A DNA stretch of 64,000 nucleotides from assembly GCF_016026235.1 (NCBI RefSeq), contig NZ_CP065613.1; one strand, given 5' to 3'. The notes beneath the pieces are model-generated. The model did not search any database. It saw nothing but the letters and a program-made list of their open reading frames with translations, and had not been told where the DNA came from. Shown here piece by piece: positions 11,028-18,852 of this stretch (positions are counted from its first letter, which is position 1; the number at the start of each line of letters is the position of its first letter). This stretch comes from Escherichia coli. Its GTDB lineage: Bacteria; Pseudomonadota; Gammaproteobacteria; Enterobacterales; Enterobacteriaceae. The translations under genes were made by a program, and so were the position numbers.

Positions 11028-11126
11028 CGCATCACCTCTGGCAGGCGCCAATGTTAGACTGAAATTGACGCCTGATGTTGATTATTAATAATCAGCTATG
11101 AAGTTCTAATCTGGATATAATGAAAT

Positions 11127-11348
11127 TCACGAGGACTGAAGTTTCTCGCAATTAAAATTTATCAGTTTTACTTTCTGCTCTCTGGAAACGCCTGCTTCTT
11201 TTTCCCCTGAGAGCATTTTTTCGCATTCTGATTTCGTTAGTTTTGTCTTTGAGTATCTTGTCCAGCTGGCAGGAGAACCACCTTCCTTTTCAATAGTGGC
11301 TGTAATTTTATACATGAACACCTCCATTAATATTTTCCCAAAATGCAC
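11127..11348 (-). CDS. Hypothetical small phage protein
   Basis: 73-aa ORF; an internal start MYKITATIEKEGG is possible. It occupies the position of Rac ydaC/rcbA, but I cannot verify similarity. Confidence 0.4.
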   Translation of the reverse strand: MHFGKILMEVFMYKITATIEKEGGSPASWTRYSKTKLTKSECEKMLSGEKEAGVSREQKVKLINFNCEKLQSS

Positions 11349-11354
11349 TTGGTT

Positions 11355-12452
11355 TTACACCGGAATATTCTCATCGTATCCTGCTTGTTGCGTTTCGTTT
11401 TGTGTTTGTGGATCCGGGAATGCATATTCAACGCCTTCCAGTTCAATCCATAGTGCATTACGACCAGCTTTGATTGTCGGCCAGTCCATACCTTTGATTC
11501 TTTCCCATGAGCGGGAGGTGAATGTTTTTTCCAGCAAATCAGCTTTTGCGCGTTTGGCGTCGTTACTGGTGCCCCCATGGTGCTTGTTGAGCAACTCGAT
11601 AATTTCATCAAGTGCGATTTCTTTTGCACGCTTTTCTTTTAGCCATGTCGGTGTACCGTCGTTGGCAAATAATTCACTGTTATCCCGTGAGGTATCGATG
11701 CCGAGGTGTTCACCTCCCAGGTTAAGAAACTCGATATGAGGAAGAAAGTTTTTAAATGTTGGGTTTGAAAATACCTGTCCATCAATACGGGTGGAGCGAT
11801 CTTTTAGTATTCTGGCGGTGCGCCACACCTGACCGGTTTCTATGTTCATTTGCTTCTCCATCTGGATCAGGATGGAGGGTTCATAACCGGTTTCTGTTTC
11901 TGCTTTCATTTTTATACCGGTTTTTGCCAACTGGCGTTTGCCATCATCACCTTCGAAAAAGTCATACTCATATCCTGCACGCCCGCACATAATAATGTGC
12001 GCCTGACTGTTAACAAATCGATCGGTAAAGCGTCGCCACTCCTGTTTGAGCCACGCCCAGTCTGAAAATTCCAGTCCTCGTTTACGGTTTCGGCGTCTGG
12101 CATACTCGTCGCATAATCCGGTCCAGAAGTGACTGATGGAGTCGATGATCATTACGGAACCGCTGCTTTCCGCTTCATTAATGGCTTCAAGCAGATCAAC
12201 AAACGAGCGGGTTTTTGCCGTAAATAATTCGATATTTTCCGCATCAAAGCGGGGTTTAACCCAGTCAGAGCCTGTTTCTGTGTCCAGAAACATTACCGGG
12301 CGGTTACCAGCTTCAATTCCCCGTTGCCGCATAAGCATTACCAGACCAATAGCCAGTTCGCTTGCTGTGTAGGTTTTGCCGTCGCCAGCAAACCCCATAA
12401 TTCCTGCTTTTAGATAGGCCTGTGTGTTTATTGCTCGTTGAAAAAGCGCCAT
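11355..12452 (-). CDS. P-loop ATPase, Sak4/AAA_24-like (RecA-fold phage recombination/annealing ATPase)
   Basis: 365-aa ORF with Walker A GFAGDGKT and Walker B VMIIDSIS. It sits in the recombination-module position downstream of the recE-like gene. Confidence 0.6.
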   Translation of the reverse strand: MALFQRAINTQAYLKAGIMGFAGDGKTYTASELAIGLVMLMRQRGIEAGNRPVMFLDTETGSDWVKPRFDAENIELFTAKTRSFVDLLEAINEAESSGSVMIIDSISHFWTGLCDEYARRRNRKRGLEFSDWAWLKQEWRRFTDRFVNSQAHIIMCGRAGYEYDFFEGDDGKRQLAKTGIKMKAETETGYEPSILIQMEKQMNIETGQVWRTARILKDRSTRIDGQVFSNPTFKNFLPHIEFLNLGGEHLGIDTSRDNSELFANDGTPTWLKEKRAKEIALDEIIELLNKHHGGTSNDAKRAKADLLEKTFTSRSWERIKGMDWPTIKAGRNALWIELEGVEYAFPDPQTQNETQQAGYDENIPV

Positions 12453-12457
12453 AGATT

Positions 12458-12757
12458 TTAGTCCTCCAAATCAATATCAACCTGGTGGTGGGCAATGGTT
12501 TCAGCCATGTACCGGATGTGTTCTGCCATGCGCTCCTGAAACTCAACATCATCATCAAATGCGTGGCTGATTGCCTGTTTATTGGCACCGTGGCGTTGCA
12601 AATGGTCGATGCAGAGCGATTCAAACAGGTGCTGAGGCAGACCTTTTTCCAGGTCGTCCGCCAGTTCCGTTTCTTTTTCTTCACGAACGATCTGCTGGTA
12701 GTGGCGAGCCCATGCCATTTCTTCAATACGATCAAAAATCGGGTAAGCGCTCATCAC
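12458..12757 (-). CDS. Hypothetical acidic phage protein (99 aa)
   Basis: [32 protein letters not shown]..., tightly packed between the recE-like gene and the ATPase. Confidence 0.5.
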   Translation of the reverse strand: MMSAYPIFDRIEEMAWARHYQQIVREEKETELADDLEKGLPQHLFESLCIDHLQRHGANKQAISHAFDDDVEFQERMAEHIRYMAETIAHHQVDIDLED

Positions 12758-13105
12758 TGGTCACTCCAAAATTTTCAAGCTTGTTGGCAATCATCATTGC
12801 GATGTCAGGGATTGCAGGCGCATAGGCTATGCACGCAGGATTCGCACATAAACCGTAAACCGCCGCAATCAACACCTGTTTTTTCCAGTTGAGTTCATCT
12901 TCGCCAGTTTCATTATTGCTATCATTATGCTGATCGCTGCCAGCGTTCTCCGGTAACAAATCATCAGCTTTTCCGTTTTCTTCGGCTCTTCTTCCTGTGC
13001 TTCATCTGGTTTTTTTTCGTCAAAAGTTTCCTGATAAGTTGCGTCTCCCATCACCGCGCCACAGTCAGGGCAGTTATCCTCGCCAGTCTGATTGCAGGGT
13101 GTTCC

Positions 13106-14400
13106 CCTGAGGGATCCCCAGAAAATTTAGTAAACCATTATCATATTGGTATACCGTTGCTGTAGAACTTTCAGCCCTGCGTCAAGTGACAGTGTGTTTA
13201 GTATGAGTGGAGAATGTCGAATCACATTCTCCGCCAGTTTTAATAACGAGATGACTCGCCTGTGCTTCACTGTATTTGCCTGATATTTATGATGTATCCC
13301 TTTGTTTTCCAGGCTGAAACCGCTTAACCACATAATGATACTGGCTAATGTTGCGATCAGACTCAATACCGTGACCCGCCCGGATGAATGACTGGCACCA
13401 AACCGTAGTCCAAATCCCCAGCGAGGATTTTTTTCATCCCTGAAATTTTGCTCAATTTGCATTCTACGGCTGTATAATTTCATTACCTGTTTTGGCGAGA
13501 ACTCAGTACTGTTTGTGAAAATAAACCATGGTGATTTCCCGGCAGTACGAGCTTTAGCCGTCACCGATGGTCTGGTTGCTCTTTCCTTCGAGCGTTTAAA
13601 TCTACGACCTTTAGGCTTACTTTTATAAAGATAAAAATGCCCTTCATGTTGTGCATTTTTATCTCGACCCAGCAGGCCTTCACCTAAATAAATTGCTGTC
13701 GTTGATGCTTTTGTGCCTGAGTCCGACACCTTTTCCCAGCCATTACCAACATTGTAATAATGATTGCCCAGTACCCGGCAAATATAGGTCCAGCCACGGG
13801 AGCGGAGCTGTTGGAACCATCGCCCCTGAAAACCGGCATCTGTAATAACAATGACATCAGTCCCGGGGGAAAAGCACTCAGCAAGCGATTCCAGAAAACG
13901 CTCATGTACATCTGCATTCGCTGTCTGTGATGATGGAACGACACAACTCATCAACGGTAAAGAACGCCCGTCACATGCCAGGCTTGCCCGCAAAAGCTGA
14001 AAACGAGAGGCATGATAAGCACTCCAGTCAATGAGTATCACAACACGAGACATTCCCCGCGTAATCTTTTGGGTAATTCGCTGAAAAATGGTGGAAACCT
14101 CATTTTGCAAATGTCGATTCCCCAACAGTCGATCCACCCGCTTTATTTTGTTTTTAACTGATGCCGTACCGGTTAAATGACGCCCGATACTGGTAAGTGT
14201 GAGGGAAGCGCCATTTATTACAGCATTAGTTGCGTCAATCAGTGATTTTTGACGGTAAAGATGCAAAGGGGCCAGTATGTTGTTAAGGAAATTTTGGCAT
14301 AATGAACGTGCAGGCATAGTGGTGATCTCCTTGAAATTGTTAGCACAATCAATTAGATCACATCTCACTATGCCTGTCTTGTTTTCTGGGGATTCCTCAG
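13106..14400. mobile_element. IS4-family, IS10-like insertion sequence (~1.3 kb)
   Basis: Terminal inverted repeats CTGAGGGATCCCCAGAAAA (left) and CTGAGGAATCCCCAGAAAA (right, reverse complement) resemble IS10 ends. Flanked by the direct repeat GGGTGTTCCC (13096-13105 and 14401-14410; 9-10 bp target duplication). Confidence 0.85.
13127..14368 (-). CDS. IS4-family (IS10-like) DDE transposase
   Basis: 413-aa ORF with KRVDRLLGNRHL, VITDAGF and the YSRRMQIEQNFRDEK (Y-2-R-3-E-6-K) signature. Collinear with the remembered IS10 transposase. The true start may be the internal MPARSL (14317). Confidence 0.85.
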   Translation of the reverse strand: MRCDLIDCANNFKEITTMPARSLCQNFLNNILAPLHLYRQKSLIDATNAVINGASLTLTSIGRHLTGTASVKNKIKRVDRLLGNRHLQNEVSTIFQRITQKITRGMSRVVILIDWSAYHASRFQLLRASLACDGRSLPLMSCVVPSSQTANADVHERFLESLAECFSPGTDVIVITDAGFQGRWFQQLRSRGWTYICRVLGNHYYNVGNGWEKVSDSGTKASTTAIYLGEGLLGRDKNAQHEGHFYLYKSKPKGRRFKRSKERATRPSVTAKARTAGKSPWFIFTNSTEFSPKQVMKLYSRRMQIEQNFRDEKNPRWGFGLRFGASHSSGRVTVLSLIATLASIIMWLSGFSLENKGIHHKYQANTVKHRRVISLLKLAENVIRHSPLILNTLSLDAGLKVLQQRYTNMIMVY

Positions 14401-15998
14401 GGGTGTTCCCTCCTCCGGTTCGCTGTTCTGGTGCTGTTTATCTTCAGTCTGTCGCACTTCATTTTCCGTTTTTTTGACTTCATTTGAGGAGATATGATGA
14501 CCGGGAATCCATTTCGGATCATTCGGGTCGCTAATCCCTTCAACAAATTCTCCGCGAGAGGCAGCCAGTAATTTGTCTGCATCGACAGGATTTTTGGGCG
14601 GAATGTTTTTCCGGGCTTCATGGAGTTCTGCCCGCAGTTCCTGATATTTCTCATCAACAGCATTTACCTGTGACTGAGCATCCAGCGGCTGCGTGTCCTG
14701 ATGATGTTCAGTTGCATCCGGTTCCACTGTTTCAGCCGTTGCCTGTTCATCTGCCATTGCGCAAGATGGTTGCGGTTTTTCTTCATCATCCTGTTTTCCT
14801 TCTTCTGTTACTCGCTGCGGCATCGGGGCAGAGGAGCGACCGCAGGCAATATCCACGATTTCCGGATCAGGGTTGGCATGATCGGTTTCAGTCAGTACCT
14901 TGTTCAGATATTCAGTGACGTGCGCGGGGATGACCTCGATACCAATCGGTGCTTCTTTCACTGACGCAACCACGATGGCGCGGGAATAATCCATCCCGCC
15001 AGGCATGGTGATGAATTTGTCGCGGAAAACAGAAAAGGGCGGTTTATTTTCAGTGATAATTTCCTCAATGCGTTTAGCGTGTGCCGGATGAAGATTATAA
15101 ATATCCACGTCCATTGAACGGGCCAGTACGCCAGTGGCTACGTCGCGCGCCAGCGACGTCAGATCGTGGACGAAACCTTCGCCGCGATCGGTGAGGTTCC
15201 CGCCGCCAGCATTAGCACCGGAAGCCGTGCGAGTGATACGCGAAACACGATTTCCTTTCATCCACTCTTTTGTCAGCAGACCGCGATCGGTGTAGTTGGC
15301 ATCCAGATATGCTTCGAAAAAAGCAGTCATCAGTCCCAGATTTGAATTGCCAGGATTAGGGAAAACTTTGTCAGTATCACGCACGAGTTTGTGGAGGTCG
15401 CGAATCTCCAGCGGGTCGAGCAGACTGGTTTTATGCGAAACAGCCAGAGCAGTAACAGCCGGTAGTTCTTCATCCCGAGCAATGTGTAATGCCTGGAGTT
15501 CGTCGCGTGAAACGTGCGTTACCGGTTTTTCGCTGCCGTGTTGCGCAAGCCAACGAATGGGCAGTTCCTGACCGGAAACTGGCAGGAGCATGTTCTCCTC
15601 AATTTCTGTCATGTCTTCGCCGTTGACGTTGGTATTGTCAGTGCTGGCTGGTTTGTCCTGAACAGAGGGAGAAGATGCGATAAATACCATTGTGATGCCA
15701 TCTTCCCCGCCTTTTTCGTAACGGTTGCAGAATTCCGTATCAAACACGCCTTCTGGTGGGAGGTCATCAACAACGGGCAAATTGACGCGAACAGGTTTTT
15801 TAAAGTCATCTTCATCGTAGCCAGCATCGTCAATCGCAACAGCACCACGGGAGATGGCAATGGATAATTTTTTCGCTTCAGCCCAGTAAAAACCGCCTTT
15901 AATACCGAGGCGTTTTCTTACTTTGTCATTTTTTGCTTCGTAATACAGTGGGTAAACTTGTTTATCGGTGCTCATTGTTTTTTAACCTCAACTCATAT

Positions 15999-16295
15999 TC
16001 AGATTGCATAAAAGAAACGAACTGATGATGCGATATGAGAGAGTTCTTTCAGTCGTTGATAACTGATACCGTATTTCTTGTCAGCCTCTTCAATGCGAGC
16101 TGTGAGTAATGCAATTTCTTTAATGGCACATACACAACAATCAAATGTTCCCAGAACGTAACCGTCATCAATAATTACCGTGACGTTTTCTTTTTGGGAA
16201 ATCTGAATGAAACTATGTAATGTATTCCCACATTTAAATTCGGCGAGAGAATCGTTAATAACATCAAGTTCAATTTCACATTCAATAATGCTCAT
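15999..16295 (-). CDS. Hypothetical protein (98 aa) in an AT-rich moron-like segment
   Basis: Start moved to MSIIECEIELDV..., preceded by AAGGAAACAGCA. Local GC is visibly lower than in the flanks. Confidence 0.45.
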   Translation of the reverse strand: MSIIECEIELDVINDSLAEFKCGNTLHSFIQISQKENVTVIIDDGYVLGTFDCCVCAIKEIALLTARIEEADKKYGISYQRLKELSHIASSVRFFYAI

Positions 16296-16369
16296 TGCTG
16301 TTTCCTTTTTTAAGGTTGAGTGAATCCCTGCCATTGCTGGCATAAATTCAGTTTCGAATATTCAGTTAA

Positions 16370-16657
16370 TTAAAGTTCGTGTGCCATCTTGTCTTTTTCG
16401 GCACAAGCTGCACTGCAATATTTTCGTTTCTTTCTGGCAATCATGTTTCCATGCATATAAATAAGCTCGCCAGTAAAAGCTTTTTCAGGTAAAAACTGTT
16501 TATTGCAGAGATGGTAATCACATTGTATTAAATCCAGGTCACCTTTTTGCTGGAGAATTTTTCTGATTCTCCACAGCCATTTTTTAATCCCGGTATGACT
16601 GATGGTCTGCCTGAGGGCAGGTGTAAAACAATAATCAAGCATGGGGTTCATATCCAT
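16370..16657 (-). CDS. Hypothetical Cys-containing small protein (95 aa)
   Basis: GGAG RBS. Cysteine pairs C..C / C..C (CDYHLCNKQF...YCSAACAEKD) suggest a zinc-binding fold. Confidence 0.45.
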   Translation of the reverse strand: MDMNPMLDYCFTPALRQTISHTGIKKWLWRIRKILQQKGDLDLIQCDYHLCNKQFLPEKAFTGELIYMHGNMIARKKRKYCSAACAEKDKMAHEL

Positions 16658-16667
16658 AGCTCCATTT

Positions 16668-17213
16668 TTATTTTAAGGAAAGCAACTGCTCTACGGTCAT
16701 GTTTTTAATTGCGCCCCGGTTTACAAGAGTCCAGCCCTGTTTTTCCAGATAAAACCGGAAAGTCTCCAGGGTACAGACCAGTGCGCCATCAGGAACGGTT
16801 TCGGTGAATTCGACATTGCCGAATTTGTCGAAGTGAACAACCAGAGTGCGACCATCACCCGGAATCATCTTGTCAGCAGGTGGGGTGTTATTCTGGCGCA
16901 GTTCGGCCTCCATGCGGTCGAACTCAGCAATGTAGGCTTCCTTGAATGTGGCGGCTTTTTTGCCCGTGAAGCCCATCACCAGGAAAACGAAGCCGTTTTT
17001 GGTGATTTGGTAGGCGTTATAAGAATTGCCGCGGTGTTCGAATTTAACCCGCGAAAAGTTGCTGGTTAAAAATAGTTCAGAACATTCGAGGGATTCTATT
17101 TTTTGAACAACATGGTGATGCTGCTTGCCAAAAAACTCAGCAATCGAAATAGAAGTAGTGACGGCGCGACCATTTTCGATGGTTACGTCAGGGTGAGAAA
17201 GGGTAGTAGCCAT
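16668..17213 (-). CDS. Rha-family phage regulatory protein (antirepressor-like)
   Basis: Start placed at MATTLSHPDVTIENGRAVTTSISIAEFFGKQHHHVVQKIESL...YQITKNGFVFLVMGFTGKKAATFKEAYIAEFDRME (pRha domain), with a GAGGA SD 7 nt upstream. The 98 upstream codons of the track ORF cover a promoter, a terminator and RNA structures. Confidence 0.75.
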   Translation of the reverse strand: MATTLSHPDVTIENGRAVTTSISIAEFFGKQHHHVVQKIESLECSELFLTSNFSRVKFEHRGNSYNAYQITKNGFVFLVMGFTGKKAATFKEAYIAEFDRMEAELRQNNTPPADKMIPGDGRTLVVHFDKFGNVEFTETVPDGALVCTLETFRFYLEKQGWTLVNRGAIKNMTVEQLLSLK

Positions 17214-17268
17214 AATGACATCCTCAAGTGATAAGTTAATTAACTCACCAGCAGAGGTGCTAATCTCA

Positions 17269-17350
17269 TGGGTGGTGAGACGCACAGGGTTAGCACTACC
17301 GGTCACTCGAGAACCCGGCCAGCCTTGCGGCTGCCCCGCACGCCTCACCA
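17269..17350 (-). ncRNA. Candidate C4-like antisense RNA (P1/P7 immI type) with a tRNA-acceptor-like closing stem
   Basis: 10-bp terminal stem UGGUGAGGCG/CGUCUCACCA followed by CCCA. Internal CAGCC-GCAA-GGCUG hairpin. Loop-displayed CUCGAGUGAC and single-stranded GUGCUAACCC are complementary to two sense motif pairs, one upstream and one over the rha RBS. Confidence 0.5.
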
Positions 17351-17379
17351 TAATTTGAATGTGGCTGTGCATTACGCAT

Positions 17380-17402
17380 AAAAAAACCGCTTCAGCGCGG
17401 TT
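17380..17402 (-). terminator. Intrinsic terminator downstream of the a1/b1 motif unit
   Basis: Minus strand AACCGCGCTGAAGCGGTTTTTTT: GC stem followed by a T7 run. Confidence 0.65.
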
Positions 17403-17462
17403 ATGCGCTCGAGTAACTTTCGGGGTGCTAATCCCGGCACCCGTTTTATGAGGTGCAGGTGC

Positions 17463-17491
17463 ACTATAATTCCACCCGTTCTGGTTTTCAA
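17463..17491 (-). promoter_or_regulatory. Sigma70-like promoter TTGAAA-17 nt-TATAGT
   Basis: Minus strand TTGAAAaccagaacgggtggaatTATAGT. It would start transcription near 17456, upstream of the a1/b1 motifs. Confidence 0.5.
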
Positions 17492-17529
17492 TAGCTACAT
17501 TCAACATTTTCTCTTTCCTTTCATCACCG

Positions 17530-17684
17530 AAGTGAATTTTGTGATGCGGTGCCTGGTGCCTCCAGGTGACGTTAACCAGTTAACAATTACAGTCGGCTTT
17601 CCCACCCAAAACAATAAGGACTAACATGACTTTTAACTGTGCCGCGTGCGCTTAGCCGCATTCACCGCATCACAAAATTCACTT
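17530..17684. repeat. Perfect 22-bp inverted repeat (AAGTGAATTTTGTGATGCGGTG) with a 111-bp spacer
   Basis: 17530-17551 is the exact reverse complement of 17663-17684. On the minus-strand transcript this forms a 22-bp perfect duplex immediately 3' of the DicF-like terminator. Confidence 0.9.
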
Positions 17685-17685
17685 T

Positions 17686-17742
17686 AAAAAGGGCGGACAT
17701 CAGCCAGCAATTAAACCGATGCCGCCAACTGGTACTTCACAC
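17686..17742 (-). ncRNA. dicF: DicF-like small RNA
   Basis: Minus strand ...GAAGTACCAGTTGGCGGCATCGGTTTAATTGCTGGCTGATGTCCGCCCTTTTT aligns with the remembered K-12 DicF (..GACGTTTGGCGGTATCAGTTTTACTCCGTGACTGCTCTGCCGCCCTTTTT). It shares the following AAAGTGAATTTTGTGATG.GGTGAATGCGGCT.AGCGCACGCGG. It lies downstream of the ydfA-like gene as in Qin. The 5' end is approximate. Confidence 0.65.
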
Positions 17743-17914
17743 AGCAATGTCGTTATTTACAACCGGAAGCGCACTCCCACCATTTAAATTTCACAGACAA
17801 GACCGACTCTTTATGAATACCGGAAATGCGCCTTCGTGTTGTGCCCGGTTTTATTTCACCACCTCCGGGCTTTGGTGGTATCTTTACTGAAGTTCTCACA
17901 CAACCAGTAAGGAA

Positions 17915-18238
17915 ATGAATATGCCAACGTATCTCGCCAGAGTAGAACTATATAATGCTGAGCCAGAGGATTACGAAGGGCTTCATAAATATATGCTCTC
18001 ACTAGGATTCAGGAGAACGATCCCCCATGGAGATGGTTCGTATAATCAACTCCCGGACGGAACTTATGTTTCCGAAAAGGGCGGTGATATTTATCAAATT
18101 CGCAGCCAGATATCTGACTATGCAGACCGACTATCCGGGTATCGCGCGTCTGTTTTGTTTGCGAATTCAGTCAATGCGCATGGTATTTATACCCCGCCAA
18201 GACCCGGTGAATATCCTGCACGGCCTTCTGCTTTGTAG
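17915..18238 (+). CDS. Hypothetical protein (105-107 aa), opposite orientation to the surrounding operon
   Basis: AAGGAA RBS. Translation MNMPTYLARVELYNAEPEDYEGLHKYMLSLGFRRTIPHGDGSYNQLPDGTYV... The 3' end overlaps the convergent 18187-18390 ORF by about 50 nt. Confidence 0.5.
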   Translation: MNMPTYLARVELYNAEPEDYEGLHKYMLSLGFRRTIPHGDGSYNQLPDGTYVSEKGGDIYQIRSQISDYADRLSGYRASVLFANSVNAHGIYTPPRPGEYPARPSAL

Positions 18239-18390
18239 AAGGCTTCTTCGCTATCATAATCGCCAGATTCCAGCGCTTCTTTAGCCAGCCAGATGCGTGC
18301 CCCAGTGCCTGCATTTGGCTCCAGTTGCTGGAGGCGTTTTGCATCTTCTAGGAGTAGAGCGATAACGTGTTTTAATTCTGTCTCGTTCAT
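18187..18390 (-). CDS. Hypothetical small protein of the dicB-like operon
   Basis: MNETELKHVIALLLEDAKRLQQLEPNAG... The start sits next to the ydfA-like stop (GGTGAGTAAAATG). It is the positional equivalent of Qin ydfB/ydfC. Confidence 0.5.
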   Translation of the reverse strand: MNETELKHVIALLLEDAKRLQQLEPNAGTGARIWLAKEALESGDYDSEEAFYKAEGRAGYSPGLGGV

Positions 18391-18391
18391 T

Positions 18392-18547
18392 TTACTCACC
18401 TGAATGTCTTCCCAACCAACGACGTGCGCCAGCTTCGGTTTTAAACGTTTTGCTTTTGGTATACGTCATGGCGGTGAATGTGCCGTCTTGATTGGGAAAC
18501 ACGCCACATACCAGAGATTCGTTGTTGCCAAGATCGATAGTATTCAT
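18392..18547 (-). CDS. ydfA: YdfA-like protein (DUF1391)
   Basis: MNTIDLGNNESLVCGVFPNQDGTFTAMTYTKSKTFKTEAGARRWLGRHSGE (51 aa) closely resembles the remembered Qin YdfA. Confidence 0.7.
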   Translation of the reverse strand: MNTIDLGNNESLVCGVFPNQDGTFTAMTYTKSKTFKTEAGARRWLGRHSGE

Positions 18548-18726
18548 GTTGACCCCATTTCCCCTTAACGCCGGGTGGCGGAACGTTTTATCTACTGCGC
18601 TTTGTATCAATCAACAACTGCCGTCATGTTCGTATGCCTCAGGCTGGCTACTTAGCCCTGTTCAGTGACTGGATAACTCGAGGTATTGTCCTGCCGTTCT
18701 CTGGTGGGGCGTTGTTTGGATATGCT

Positions 18727-18755
18727 TATTAAACACAATTTGTTTTCTTATGTCA
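18727..18755 (-). promoter_or_regulatory. Promoter of the ydfA-DicF (dicB-like) operon, TTGACA-17 nt-TTTAAT
   Basis: Minus strand TTGACAtaagaaaacaaattgtgTTTAAT. It overlaps the partial palindrome AAACAAATTGTGTTT, a candidate operator. Confidence 0.5.
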
Positions 18756-18798
18756 ACACGTAATGTGTTTTATGGTGGGTGTCATATGATGATGCTAC

Positions 18799-18821
18799 AA
18801 AAAAGCCCGCTGATAGCGGGC
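18799..18821 (-). terminator. Intrinsic terminator after the repressor gene
   Basis: Minus strand AGCCCGCTATCAGCGGGCTTTTTT. Confidence 0.7.
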
Positions 18822-18852
18822 TGATTGGCATATTACTGTGATAGCAAGATCA

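Larger units (their letters stand above)
12732..15975 (-). pseudogene. RecE N-terminal-region homologue lacking the RecE exonuclease domain, split by an IS10-like insertion plus a frameshift
   Basis: Residues [45 protein letters not shown]...[20 protein letters not shown] match the remembered K-12 RecE N-terminal two-thirds. Removing the IS and one repeat copy restores ...[34 protein letters not shown] in frame. A further frame change between ...KKTEKLM and [21 protein letters not shown] is needed. The C-terminus ([20 protein letters not shown]...) is unrelated to the RecE nuclease. Confidence 0.75.

Noticed and set aside
17214-17507. 98-codon N-terminal extension of the Rha ORF given in the track (279 aa)
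   Set aside because: The extension contains a sigma70-like promoter, an intrinsic terminator and the structured RNA motifs. A good SD plus ATG precedes the conserved Rha domain at 17213.
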